This document shows positions 37,247 through 45,918 of a stretch of DNA of 64,000 bases, one piece after another; within the stretch, counting starts at the first letter, position 1, and each line of letters starts with the position of its first letter. A program made the position numbers and the translations under genes. The DNA is from Clostridiales bacterium (GTDB lineage Bacteria > Bacillota > Clostridia > Christensenellales > Borkfalkiaceae), in NCBI GenBank assembly GCA_015055805.1, contig SVHN01000003.1, positions 96,503 to 160,502 on the forward strand, in the 5' to 3' direction. The notes beneath the pieces were generated by a model, which saw nothing but the letters and a program-made list of their open reading frames with translations, did no database searches and was not told where the DNA came from.

Positions 37247-37270
37247 ACGATTACGCGCTTTGTTTATTTT
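37226..37270. terminator. Bidirectional terminator between the convergent AraC-1 and AEC transporter genes
   Basis: GCGCGCAATCGTT / AACGATTACGCGC stem (12 of 13 bp) flanked by A5 and a T-rich tract. It overlaps the AraC stop codon. Confidence 0.7.
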
Positions 37271-37277
37271 ATTAGTT

Positions 37278-38273
37278 TTACACAAAACCATTTGTTATAG
37301 TTTCCATTAACATAAAGACGAGAGGCATAAACGCTACTGCCAAAACGTATGAAATAAAACACGTTTTTGCACCTTCCGTACTGTCCAACCCTGCTGATTC
37401 CGGATAAACGACAACGTTCATTCCTATAGGCATTGCCGACGCTATTATAGACAAAACGGCTACGCCCTTAAACAAATCGCCATGTACTCCGCAAAGGTTT
37501 ATAATAACCAATATAGCAATTACAATTAAAGGTATTATTACCAATCTAATAAACCCGAAAAAGTAAGGTTTCCATGCGCTAAAAAGTTGCTTAAACGGAA
37601 CGTTTGCCAAAACAGCACCCGTCAAAAGCATTGCTGTTGCTCCTTGACAAGAGCCAAGCGTTGAAAGTGTTCCACTTATCACTTTTGGTAGTGTTATAGG
37701 CAATAGTCCTATGATTATACCTATAACAGTGCCGATAAAAGGTAACGATAAAAAAGCTCTCTTAAATACGTTTGATTTTTTAATATCTTTTATTCCTTCG
37801 AGCGGTTCGTTTGAAACCTTTTCAGTAAGTACCGCATAGCCATAGGTTGCAATTGCGATATTCATAGGAATACAAAATATTATGTACGCAGGCAACAATT
37901 CGGGGTAAACCGCTTGCAAAAGTGGATAACCAAAATAACCTATATTACCAAAAGTAAAAGCGTATTTTAATATGTTCTTTTGAAGTTTCGTTCTGCCAAA
38001 AGTATTAGCCATAGGCATACCTATAAAAATAAGGAATACCGTAAGAACTGCACACACTAACAAGTAAACGAGATATTCAACCAACTTGTCAGTAGACAAG
38101 GTAGATGAAAGATTTGAAATAGCATACGCAGGCGAAAATAAATTTACCAATAATCCAGCTAGCATTTTCTGTCCGTCTGCGTTAATTATTTTTTTCTTTT
38201 TGAAAAAATAACCTATAAATATAATCGCAAGCAAACTTGCCGTTTGCTGAATTGTTAAAAGAAAGGTTTCCAT
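37278..38273 (-). CDS. AEC (auxin efflux carrier) family permease
   Basis: 331 aa with about 10 TM helices. The N-terminus is typical of the family (..IFIGYFFKKKKIIN..G.K.L..LL.N...PA). Confidence 0.75.
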   Translation of the reverse strand: METFLLTIQQTASLLAIIFIGYFFKKKKIINADGQKMLAGLLVNLFSPAYAISNLSSTLSTDKLVEYLVYLLVCAVLTVFLIFIGMPMANTFGRTKLQKNILKYAFTFGNIGYFGYPLLQAVYPELLPAYIIFCIPMNIAIATYGYAVLTEKVSNEPLEGIKDIKKSNVFKRAFLSLPFIGTVIGIIIGLLPITLPKVISGTLSTLGSCQGATAMLLTGAVLANVPFKQLFSAWKPYFFGFIRLVIIPLIVIAILVIINLCGVHGDLFKGVAVLSIIASAMPIGMNVVVYPESAGLDSTEGAKTCFISYVLAVAFMPLVFMLMETITNGFV

Positions 38274-38291
38274 AATACTTTTCCTAAAACA

Positions 38292-38326
38292 TAAAAATAT
38301 TCTCTGCCGAATGAATTCGGCAGAGA
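38292..38326 (-). terminator. Hairpin after the YjbQ-like gene (TCTCTGCCGAAT / ATTCGGCAGAGA)
   Basis: Perfect 12-bp stem, followed on the minus strand by TATTTTTAT. Confidence 0.55.
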
Positions 38327-38338
38327 AAGTTTGTTTTT

Positions 38339-38959
38339 TTATCTTTGCTGCTGTAAATCGTAGTGGATATCGTAAGCTTTTTCTTCTTCGGTGAATTTAC
38401 GTTTGGTGTCGATAACCTTTCCGTCGTTCCACTTTCTATCGCCTACTTCCTCAGCAGTACCCATAACGGTTACGTTAACCTGTCTGCGACGAGCAATAAC
38501 GTGATCCCAGTCAATGAAGTAAATGTGAGCGAACAAACCAAGGTCGAGTTTGCCGTCCTTAATGGTTAAGGTTTCGCTTCTGCCAAAGAATACGCTACGA
38601 AGATGTCCGTCGGTATTCATTGAAGAGTAGTCACCGGGTTCGTTTACGTGTCTACCATACTGAGCATGGATAGGACCAGGGTGACGATATTGATGTTCTT
38701 CAGCAAAGTCAGGTATCATCTTTCTCATGATATCGAGAAGGTCGTGCTGAAGATATTCAAGGTCGAAAGAGTCGATGTCGTGTGAGCATTCCTGAACCAT
38801 TACCGAACAAGTGGTGTGGTGTGATACGATTGCTACAGTACCGTTCTTAACGCCAGAAGCTTCTACTATTTCGAGAATTTCTTTTCTGATGTCGTGGAAA
38901 GTGGGGATCCAGCCTCTTGACTGAAGCTCAATTTCTTTTTGGAAAATTTTGAATTCCAT
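38339..38959 (-). CDS. YjbQ/UPF0047 family protein (secondary thiamine-phosphate-synthase-like), extended form
   Basis: VSHHTTCSVMVQE..., NTDGHLRSVFFGRSETLTIKDGKLDLG and a ..R.V.VTVMG end resemble YjbQ. It is about 60 aa longer than typical members. SD is AAAGGAGAA. Confidence 0.6.
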   Translation of the reverse strand: MEFKIFQKEIELQSRGWIPTFHDIRKEILEIVEASGVKNGTVAIVSHHTTCSVMVQECSHDIDSFDLEYLQHDLLDIMRKMIPDFAEEHQYRHPGPIHAQYGRHVNEPGDYSSMNTDGHLRSVFFGRSETLTIKDGKLDLGLFAHIYFIDWDHVIARRRQVNVTVMGTAEEVGDRKWNDGKVIDTKRKFTEEEKAYDIHYDLQQQR

Positions 38960-39157
38960 AGTGCTAAGTTCTCCTTTTATAAATGTTTTTTTGTTTTATT
39001 TTAACCCTTTCGGGTTTTTTGCTTTATTGATAATAAGATTTTTACTTGTAAAGGTTTAGAAACAAACAATGCAAGGCTCTAAAAAGCGTTCGGACTGAGT
39101 TGACCGTCTGGTCACGAAGGTCAAATCCCTTTTACAGTAAACGCAGCAGTGCAAAGT

Positions 39158-39862
39158 TTATAAGCCTTTACGTTCATTGTAAGCCTTTCTAACAGCCGCA
39201 ATCATCTCTTCAGCGAGTGCCAAGGGATCTGCGGCTTTTGCGATTGCTGAAGAGCAACCAGATGCAGATGAACCTGCTTTAATGATGTTATAGCAGTCTT
39301 CGCCCTTGCTGATACCTGCCGACGGGAAAGGTTTGATATCGGGGTTAATCTCTCTAATTACCCTTATAACTTCGTCAACGTATTCCTTGTCCGCGGGTTT
39401 ACCCGTTCCGATAAGCTCGGTGGGTTCTGCAACTAAGATGTTAGGTCCAAGTTTAGCGATTGCCTTAACTTCTTCAATAGAGTCAGCGCAAACCATAGTG
39501 GCTAAGCCAAGTTCGTCCGCGCGCTTTATTGCCGCTTCGATTTCTTCAATGGTAAGTTTATGTTCAGCGTGGTTAAGCATAACGCCGACTGCACCTGCCG
39601 CTTTAACTGCCTCGGGAAGAGTTCTGCCCATTCCGCGACCAACGGGGATACTGTCCATATGCTGAGAATAAACGTGAACGCGTTTAACGTGTCTTGCTAC
39701 GTTATAGATTTCAGTATCGGGAATATCTAAAACGATATCCATATCGTATTTTTTAGCGAGTTTATCCAACCCCTTTGCCATTTTAAGCAAGGTTTCGCCG
39801 TACATATAGCATTTAGGGCCGTATTCAAAAAACGGTTCGCTTATTTTATAATTCTTATTCAT
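39158..39862 (-). CDS. Triosephosphate isomerase family protein (short, archaeal-type TIM-like paralog)
   Basis: The ATG at 39862 follows AGAGGAGAAAG. Catalytic-type motifs are present: GPKCYMYG (Lys), LNHAEH (His) and VAEPTELIGTG (Glu). Confidence 0.7.
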   Translation of the reverse strand: MNKNYKISEPFFEYGPKCYMYGETLLKMAKGLDKLAKKYDMDIVLDIPDTEIYNVARHVKRVHVYSQHMDSIPVGRGMGRTLPEAVKAAGAVGVMLNHAEHKLTIEEIEAAIKRADELGLATMVCADSIEEVKAIAKLGPNILVAEPTELIGTGKPADKEYVDEVIRVIREINPDIKPFPSAGISKGEDCYNIIKAGSSASGCSSAIAKAADPLALAEEMIAAVRKAYNERKGL

Positions 39863-39875
39863 AAATCTTTCTCCT

Positions 39876-40472
39876 CTATTTTTTGTTAAGTCTTTCGCCG
39901 ACTGCTCCACCCGGGTGGATAAGCGCAAACTGTTCGTTCTTAAAACCTGTTTCTTCTATGAGCGCAGTTTGAAGAGCGTGACATATCATACAGAGCGCAG
40001 TCGTTGAAGTAGTACCCTGAGAATTGTACTTGTCCGTTTCCCTATTTACGTACTGCTTTAATACGGCGTCCGCATTTAACGCCAAGGGGGATTCCATATT
40101 TTCGGTTATGGATATAATCTTAACGCCCTTTGCTTTGCAAATATCGATAATAGGAAGAAGTTCTTTGGTTTTACCGCCGCGTGAAGCAAAAACCATAACG
40201 TCCCCTTCTTGCAAAAATCCCGTTGCGCCGTGAACGGCTTCCGCAGGTGATATAAACCTTGCAGGCTGTTCAATGCAGCAGAGAAGATGCGCCAAGTGCT
40301 GACAAATTATGCCAGAGTGACCGCAACCGCAAGTTCCTATGCGAGGCGCGTTCTCCAAAAGTTCAACGGCTTTTGAAAACTCTGTTTCGTCCAAATATTC
40401 GAGCATATTAGTAATACACTCTGCCTCGATCTTATATGCGTCTTTTACCATTTCAAGCGTTTGTTTTTGCAT
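39876..40472 (-). CDS. SIS-domain sugar-phosphate isomerase (single-domain, KpsF/GutQ-like)
   Basis: GTCGCGHSGIICQHLAHLL, VMVFASRGGKTKEL and the terminal FALIHPGGAVGERL are typical of arabinose-5-P-isomerase-type SIS domains. Confidence 0.75.
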   Translation of the reverse strand: MQKQTLEMVKDAYKIEAECITNMLEYLDETEFSKAVELLENAPRIGTCGCGHSGIICQHLAHLLCCIEQPARFISPAEAVHGATGFLQEGDVMVFASRGGKTKELLPIIDICKAKGVKIISITENMESPLALNADAVLKQYVNRETDKYNSQGTTSTTALCMICHALQTALIEETGFKNEQFALIHPGGAVGERLNKK

Positions 40473-40526
40473 AACTTATCACCTTAATACTTTTAACGTA
40501 GTTAAAAAATTTATTGATACACAAAG

Positions 40527-40555
40527 AGTATATCACGCTTAACCTTTATTGTCAA
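40527..40555 (-). promoter_or_regulatory. Putative promoter of the SIS / TIM-like operon (TTGACA-17-TATACT)
   Basis: On the minus strand, TTGACA is at 40555..40550 and TATACT at 40532..40527. Confidence 0.5.
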
Positions 40556-40587
40556 ATGAAAAAGAGCATTTTATTACTGATTAACAA

Positions 40588-40620
40588 TAGAAAACCCGTC
40601 CATATTTTTTAGAACGGGTT
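40588..40620 (-). terminator. Hairpin after uxaC (AACCCGT / ACGGGTT)
   Basis: 7-bp stem followed by TTTTC on the minus strand. It is a modest terminator. Confidence 0.45.
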
Positions 40621-40635
40621 AGCATTTTTTAATTT

Positions 40636-42027
40636 TTATTTCATATTGAAGTACGCTATCGAATTGTTATAGGATACGTCTTTAATAACGCTGCCTACAA
40701 GTTCGATATCCTGCGTTATCTCGCCCTTTTCCATAAGCGTGCCGAGATAGTTACAGAGTATTCTTCTAAAATAATGGTGTCTAGGATACGACAATAGCGA
40801 ACGGCTATCGGTTAGCATGCCAACGAAAGTTGCTATATGCCCTGTTGCGGTAAGATCTTTCAAGTGATTTTCCATGCCTACCTTATTATCTAAGAACCAC
40901 CACGCAGGACCGTACTGAATTTTACCCTTTGCGCTACTGTCTTGGAAACAGCCGAGCAAGGTCATGATTTCAGTATTCATCTTGGGGTTAAGGTTAAATA
41001 TAATAGTTCTTGGCAATGCGTTTTCGTCGTTTAATCTATCGAACAATCTTGACATAAGTTTAATACTATTGTCTTCTGCAATGCTGTCGTAACCGGTATC
41101 AAGCCCAAGTTTTTTGAGCATTACCGAGTTATTGTTTCTCATTGCGCCGATATGAAGTTCTGTTCTGATATCGTACTTAGCGTAAAGTTTAAACAAGAAA
41201 TAAGTAAAGTATCCCTTGAACACTTCAGCCTCTGCCGCGCTTATACTTTCGCCCTTGATTGCCTTAGCAAAAACCTTGTCCGCATCTGCCTTTTCGGCTA
41301 CTGCGTAAACGCTCTGCAAAGCGATATCACTTGCAGTCGTACCGACTTTAATGAACTCTTGAAGTCTTTTTTCAATAGCGTTTTCAAGGTCGTCGATATT
41401 TTTAACAGAGCCGACCAAAGTTTCAAGTTTTGCGATAGTATCGGTGTATCCAACAGCCTCTAAGTTCATAATCTTATCGGCACGGAAAGCAGGGATAACT
41501 TTGAATTTATAGCCTTTCTTTGCAATCTCAACGAAAGTTGACGTGTCGTCGAAAATCTCGTTGGTTGTGAAGATATGCGTAACGTTTGATTTTTCGATAA
41601 GGCTTTGGGGTGTAATGTTGTTCAGTTTAATATAGTCGTTACACCAGTTCCAAATGGTTTCCGCGTTATCTTCGTTAATTTCAATCTCACAGTTAAAAAA
41701 CTCTTTGAGTTCTACCTGTGACCAATGGTATAAGGGATTGCCGAACGCCGTACCCAAGACTTTGCAGTAACAAAAGAATTTTTCTTTGTTGGTCTTATCC
41801 CCCGTGATAAACTCTTCGTCAATGCCGTAATTGCGCATTAAACGCCACTTATAGTGATCGCCTTTAAGCCAAATTTCAAACACGTCGTTAAACGCTGCGT
41901 TTTCTAAAATCTGCTTTTCGGGCAAGTGGCAATGATAGTCGAAAATCGGCATATCTTTTGCGTAATCAAAGTAAAGTTTTTCCGCCGTTTTATTTTCCAA
42001 AAGGAAATTGTCTTTTAAATAACTCAT
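40636..42027 (-). CDS. uxaC: Glucuronate isomerase
   Basis: DNFLLENKTAEKLYFDYAKDMPIFDYHCHL is the UxaC N-terminal signature. 463 aa. SD is AAGGAG. Confidence 0.9.
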   Translation of the reverse strand: MSYLKDNFLLENKTAEKLYFDYAKDMPIFDYHCHLPEKQILENAAFNDVFEIWLKGDHYKWRLMRNYGIDEEFITGDKTNKEKFFCYCKVLGTAFGNPLYHWSQVELKEFFNCEIEINEDNAETIWNWCNDYIKLNNITPQSLIEKSNVTHIFTTNEIFDDTSTFVEIAKKGYKFKVIPAFRADKIMNLEAVGYTDTIAKLETLVGSVKNIDDLENAIEKRLQEFIKVGTTASDIALQSVYAVAEKADADKVFAKAIKGESISAAEAEVFKGYFTYFLFKLYAKYDIRTELHIGAMRNNNSVMLKKLGLDTGYDSIAEDNSIKLMSRLFDRLNDENALPRTIIFNLNPKMNTEIMTLLGCFQDSSAKGKIQYGPAWWFLDNKVGMENHLKDLTATGHIATFVGMLTDSRSLLSYPRHHYFRRILCNYLGTLMEKGEITQDIELVGSVIKDVSYNNSIAYFNMK

Positions 42028-42052
42028 ATATTTTACTCCTTAAATAGGTTTT

Positions 42053-42934
42053 TTACTTTCTAAATCTTCCGAACACTTCGTTCACTTTGGAATAGTTAGC
42101 GAACGAGCCGGAGTATTTTTTAATAATTTTCATCATCTCGCCTATCTGCTTTTTACGGATAATGCAAACGACCATATATTTTTCGGTGTGAGAATACATA
42201 CCCATAACCTTTATCTCGGATACGCCGTGGTGAAGTTTTTCGATAAGTTCGTTAGACAATTCGTCAGGTCTATCGGTAACAATTTCAAACTTATAACCGT
42301 TGCGCATACCAGACAAGAAATAATCGACCACCACGTTTGCAATAAATAGGTTGATAAGCGTACAAATAACGGGTGTGACTTTCATACCGTACACGAAAAA
42401 GGCTATTGCTACGACCGAACTATCCATCAAAAAGGAAACGTATGCGATATTAAGGGCAGGTCTAGCCTTTTTTAGTAGCGCGGATATGGCGTAAGTACCG
42501 CCGCTTGCGCCGAACCTACGCAGCATAAGCGAAAACCCGAACCCTGATACAACGCCTGTTGCAACGCATGCAAACACTATATTAAAATCTTCGCAATTGT
42601 TAATAGCAGAATACGGCTTAAACCCGACTATTCGCCAAAGTTCCGTACCGAACGACTGCACCACCATATAGATTATAAGGAATATTCCTAGTTTTTTATT
42701 GACGAAAATGGTTACGAGAATAAAAATAGGAATATTGAACGCAAGCATGATATACGCCCACGGTACGCTGTAACCTATAAGGTGATAAGTCATAGTTGCA
42801 AGACCACCTACACCGCCCGGTGCAAAGCCGTTACTGTTTTGAAAAAAGTAGTAGGCTACTGAAACGACCAGTCCTGCAAGCACGGCTATAATCACGTCTA
42901 TCGAGTATTGTTTGTAACTGCTTTCCTTGTTCAT
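42053..42934 (-). CDS. YitT family membrane protein (with a C-terminal DUF2179 domain)
   Basis: Multi-TM N-terminal region (..FAPGGVGGLA..) and a C-terminal soluble domain (..VSEIKVMGMYSHTEKYMVVCIIRKKQ..). Confidence 0.8.
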   Translation of the reverse strand: MNKESSYKQYSIDVIIAVLAGLVVSVAYYFFQNSNGFAPGGVGGLATMTYHLIGYSVPWAYIMLAFNIPIFILVTIFVNKKLGIFLIIYMVVQSFGTELWRIVGFKPYSAINNCEDFNIVFACVATGVVSGFGFSLMLRRFGASGGTYAISALLKKARPALNIAYVSFLMDSSVVAIAFFVYGMKVTPVICTLINLFIANVVVDYFLSGMRNGYKFEIVTDRPDELSNELIEKLHHGVSEIKVMGMYSHTEKYMVVCIIRKKQIGEMMKIIKKYSGSFANYSKVNEVFGRFRK

Positions 42935-42947
42935 AACGCAAAATAAA

Positions 42948-44060
42948 TTAATCTTTCTTAAATTCGCCGTATTTGCCTAAGCCCATACGCTTTCTTAATC
43001 CCGTAAGCAAGCACTCGTGGTGAACGTCGCACTCTGCAAAGTGGAAAAGTCCGATGTATAAGTCTTCGTCTTTAATCTCAGACGCTGGGCGTTTAATAAT
43101 ATGTTGAACGTATCTAGCAACGACTGTATCCGCAGCCATATCCGCAAAAGTCTTTTCTATAAAGCCCGACTGTTTAATCTCTTCCGAACGCTCTTTAAGT
43201 CCTTTTAACACTTCACCCGTTTGGTCGTAAGTAATGCCTACGTCGGTTTTGTTATACGGTACGTACTCGTATTTTACACCGTTATCGGTTATATCTATAA
43301 TTACAGCAAAACCTTCCCCCCAAGTCGGAGTGTTGGCGTAGTTTCTTGCGAACACGAAGTTGCCCTGACCGAAAATAATCTTTCCGCCCTTATAGTCTTC
43401 TTCCGTACCAACGCAATGGGTGTGCTGGCATAAAACGATATCCGCGCCTTTTTCAACAATTTTTCTGCAAACCTTTGCTAAGTGCGGTGACGGATAGCGG
43501 TAGTGTTCTTTTCCGCCGTGGTACAAAACTATTAAATAATCACATTGTTTTTTAGCCTCGGCAATTTCGTCGAGCGCGTCCAAAGGATCAAATCCGTTTG
43601 CGCCAAACCCGTAGTCGTCTATCCAAGAAAACTCGTGCTCACAGCAAGCGTAAACACCGACTTTCTTTCCGTCCTTTTCGATAAAGAAAGGTTTTTTCGC
43701 CTCTTCTTTGGTAAACCCTGCGCCGACGTGGTTAATCCCTGCGTCGTCAAGCGTTTTAATAGTAGAAACAAACCCTTCGTAACCGTGGTCTAAAACGTGG
43801 TTGTTGGATATGCCCAAAAGGTCAACGCCAAGTGCTTTAAAGCCGTTGATAGTAGAAGTGGGCGCGCCGATATTCGGACCTGCCTTTTTGATAGGCGTTT
43901 CTTTATCGGTAAGCGCAAGCTCTAAGTTGAAAATTCTGTAATCAACTTGATCCATAATCTTCTTGATTTTTTCGCCGACTAAAGCGACTGCGTCACCTTT
44001 GGTGAAAAGGTCAAAGTTAATGTCTGTTGGCACTAAGTCCGCGCCTATTAAAATTCTCAT
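42948..44060 (-). CDS. CapA/PGA_cap family metallophosphatase-fold protein
   Basis: RILIGADLVP.., FNLELALT, LLGISNNHVLDHG and VLYHGGKEH are typical CapA-family strings. SD is AAGGAGA. Confidence 0.75.
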   Translation of the reverse strand: MRILIGADLVPTDINFDLFTKGDAVALVGEKIKKIMDQVDYRIFNLELALTDKETPIKKAGPNIGAPTSTINGFKALGVDLLGISNNHVLDHGYEGFVSTIKTLDDAGINHVGAGFTKEEAKKPFFIEKDGKKVGVYACCEHEFSWIDDYGFGANGFDPLDALDEIAEAKKQCDYLIVLYHGGKEHYRYPSPHLAKVCRKIVEKGADIVLCQHTHCVGTEEDYKGGKIIFGQGNFVFARNYANTPTWGEGFAVIIDITDNGVKYEYVPYNKTDVGITYDQTGEVLKGLKERSEEIKQSGFIEKTFADMAADTVVARYVQHIIKRPASEIKDEDLYIGLFHFAECDVHHECLLTGLRKRMGLGKYGEFKKD

Positions 44061-44235
44061 AATATTCTCCTTAATCAGTCGATTGACTTATCTTTATTTT
44101 ATTATACAACAATCGGTTTCTATTTTCAATAGAAAAGGATTAAAATTTCGGTTCGTTTTTAGATAAAATTACATAAATCGTAAAGCCAAATAAAATATTA
44201 AAGCGACTGCTTAAACAACAGCCGCTTCATTGCAT

Positions 44236-44970
44236 TTATTTAATTGCTTGTTTTAAGTATTCAACCGATTTAGCAACCATCTCGTCACCGATTTTGGTGC
44301 TTGCGTCTTTTGCCGCTTCGGTAAACCAATGCTTGATATCACCAAGCCTAGAAAGGTCAACGCTATCGGGATACAAACTCATAAGTATTGACGTTTCATA
44401 CTTACCTGCGTGGTCGTAACCTGTCGCGTTCTGAACAGCCGTACTCATGGTAGGTATAACTTTTATCCAACTGAACGGATCGTTATCGCCTTCCATTTCT
44501 TCGTAGTAGTTAGAATAACTCTCACTACCCCACCAACCTTCACCTAAGGTTTCTTCTAGGTATTCCATAGTAGCGCGTTTAGCCGCCGTACGATAGCATA
44601 GCGTCATAGGCATTTCGTGTTCCTGTTCGAACTGGTGATGGATTACTACGTAAATATTTCTATAACCCGAATAAAGTAAACTCTTGAAAACGTAGTAAAC
44701 GTAATCTTCAAAAGCGCGTTCGGGAACGTGCACCGTTCCGCTCTTTCTTCCGCCGACAGCGTAGCTTGACGGACTGTATGCAATGGTGGGTGCAATCATA
44801 AGTTCTTTTTCTTTAGCCACCAAATTTACAAGACCTTCTGCAACAAGCGTATCACAGCCGTAAGAGCAATGCGCGCCGTGGTATTCAACCGTTCCGCCGA
44901 CTATAACTAGCGGAATATTTTTTTCCTGAACGTATTTTACTTCTCTGGGAAACGAATGATTAAGTTCCAT
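44236..44970 (-). CDS. Creatininase-family amidohydrolase
   Basis: VGGTVEYHGAHCSYGCDT and TGYDHAGKYETS correspond to the family's metal-binding motifs (E.HG.H..D and H.G..ETS). Confidence 0.75.
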   Translation of the reverse strand: MELNHSFPREVKYVQEKNIPLVIVGGTVEYHGAHCSYGCDTLVAEGLVNLVAKEKELMIAPTIAYSPSSYAVGGRKSGTVHVPERAFEDYVYYVFKSLLYSGYRNIYVVIHHQFEQEHEMPMTLCYRTAAKRATMEYLEETLGEGWWGSESYSNYYEEMEGDNDPFSWIKVIPTMSTAVQNATGYDHAGKYETSILMSLYPDSVDLSRLGDIKHWFTEAAKDASTKIGDEMVAKSVEYLKQAIK

Positions 44971-44981
44971 TTTAATTCTCC

Positions 44982-45344
44982 TTAAAACGCCATAGTGGTA
45001 TAGTAGGCAAGGTTAGTTTGACGATTATCAAGTCTGCCGTACTGAACGACTATCTTTTGACTACTAGAAAGTTTCATAGCGTACTGCGTTTCTAGCGGTA
45101 CTTCGTATCCGCACATATGCTCTACGTTATTCATTCTAAAACATTTAACAGTCTGGGGTTCTACTTCCCAAGTTATATTTTCGTAAGCGGGTTTATCAAC
45201 GAAGAAAAGTTTAACTTTTATAACCGCTTTTTTATTGCTATCGTTGACGATTACCACACTTTCGTGACCTTTAAGCACGCCTTCGCCTTCGGGCGGAAGT
45301 TCGCAGTCAGGTATTATCCAATATTTCTTTCCAACCGTTTTCAT
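44982..45344 (-). CDS. Sensory rhodopsin transducer (ASRT) family small beta-sandwich protein
   Basis: 120 aa. GKKYWIIPDCELPPEG..KGHESVVIVNDSNKKAVIKVKLFF.DK matches the pattern I recall for ASRT / Thermotoga TM1070-like proteins. This is recognition from memory. Confidence 0.6.
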   Translation of the reverse strand: MKTVGKKYWIIPDCELPPEGEGVLKGHESVVIVNDSNKKAVIKVKLFFVDKPAYENITWEVEPQTVKCFRMNNVEHMCGYEVPLETQYAMKLSSSQKIVVQYGRLDNRQTNLAYYTTMAF

Positions 45345-45359
45345 AGTTATCTCCTTAAA

Positions 45360-45911
45360 TTAAAGCTCTCTTATAACCCTTGCAGGGTTGCCTGCAATTA
45401 CAACGTTATCGCCAAAACTTTTGGTAACCACCGATCCCGATCCAACAACAACGTTGTTTCCAAGCGTGACACCGGGATTAATTATCGCTCCGCCGCCTAT
45501 CCAACAATTATCGCCGATAGTTATAGGAAAACCGTATTCTACGCCGTTATACCTATCTTCTGCGCGGACAGGGTGGGTTGCGGAAAATATTTTGACGTTT
45601 GGGGCAAGCATACAGTTTTTGCCTATCGTTACCCTATTGACGTCCAAAATTACGCAGCCGTAGTTAGCAAAAAAGTTTTCACCAACCGAAATATTTATTC
45701 CGTAATCGCAATAAAACGGCGGTTGAACGTGTACTTTTTCACCGGTAGAACCCAAAATCTTCTTGATGAGTTTATTAAGTTTTTTGTCGTTAGACGGGTC
45801 GATTTTGTTGTATTTGCCAAAGAGTTTTCTCGCTCTTAAATGCAACGCCCTAAGTTCAGGGTCGGCAGGAGAATACAATTCCCCTGCTAAACACTTTTCT
45901 CTTTCAGTCAT
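45360..45911 (-). CDS. Maltose/galactoside O-acetyltransferase (hexapeptide-repeat, Maa/LacA type)
   Basis: Mac-type N-terminus (MTEREKCLAGELYSPADPEL) followed by left-handed beta-helix hexapeptide repeats. Confidence 0.85.
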   Translation of the reverse strand: MTEREKCLAGELYSPADPELRALHLRARKLFGKYNKIDPSNDKKLNKLIKKILGSTGEKVHVQPPFYCDYGINISVGENFFANYGCVILDVNRVTIGKNCMLAPNVKIFSATHPVRAEDRYNGVEYGFPITIGDNCWIGGGAIINPGVTLGNNVVVGSGSVVTKSFGDNVVIAGNPARVIREL

Positions 45912-45918
45912 ATTTTAA

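Noticed and set aside
38960-39157. TPP riboswitch upstream of the YjbQ-like (secondary thiamine-phosphate synthase family) gene.
   Set aside because: I looked for the conserved CUGAGA and ACCUGAUCUGGAUAAUGCCAGCG-type elements on both strands and found none. I kept the spacer only as an unexplained structured region.
45117-45839. 240-aa plus-strand ORF. Similar long antisense ORFs occur at 33787..34410, 51186..51914, 15315..15800, 16583..17003 and elsewhere.
   Set aside because: They lie antisense to well-supported genes (ASRT/Maa, the NagB-like gene, the topoisomerase B subunit, pnp). They have low-complexity or unusual composition, no SD and no recognisable motifs, so they are shadow ORFs.
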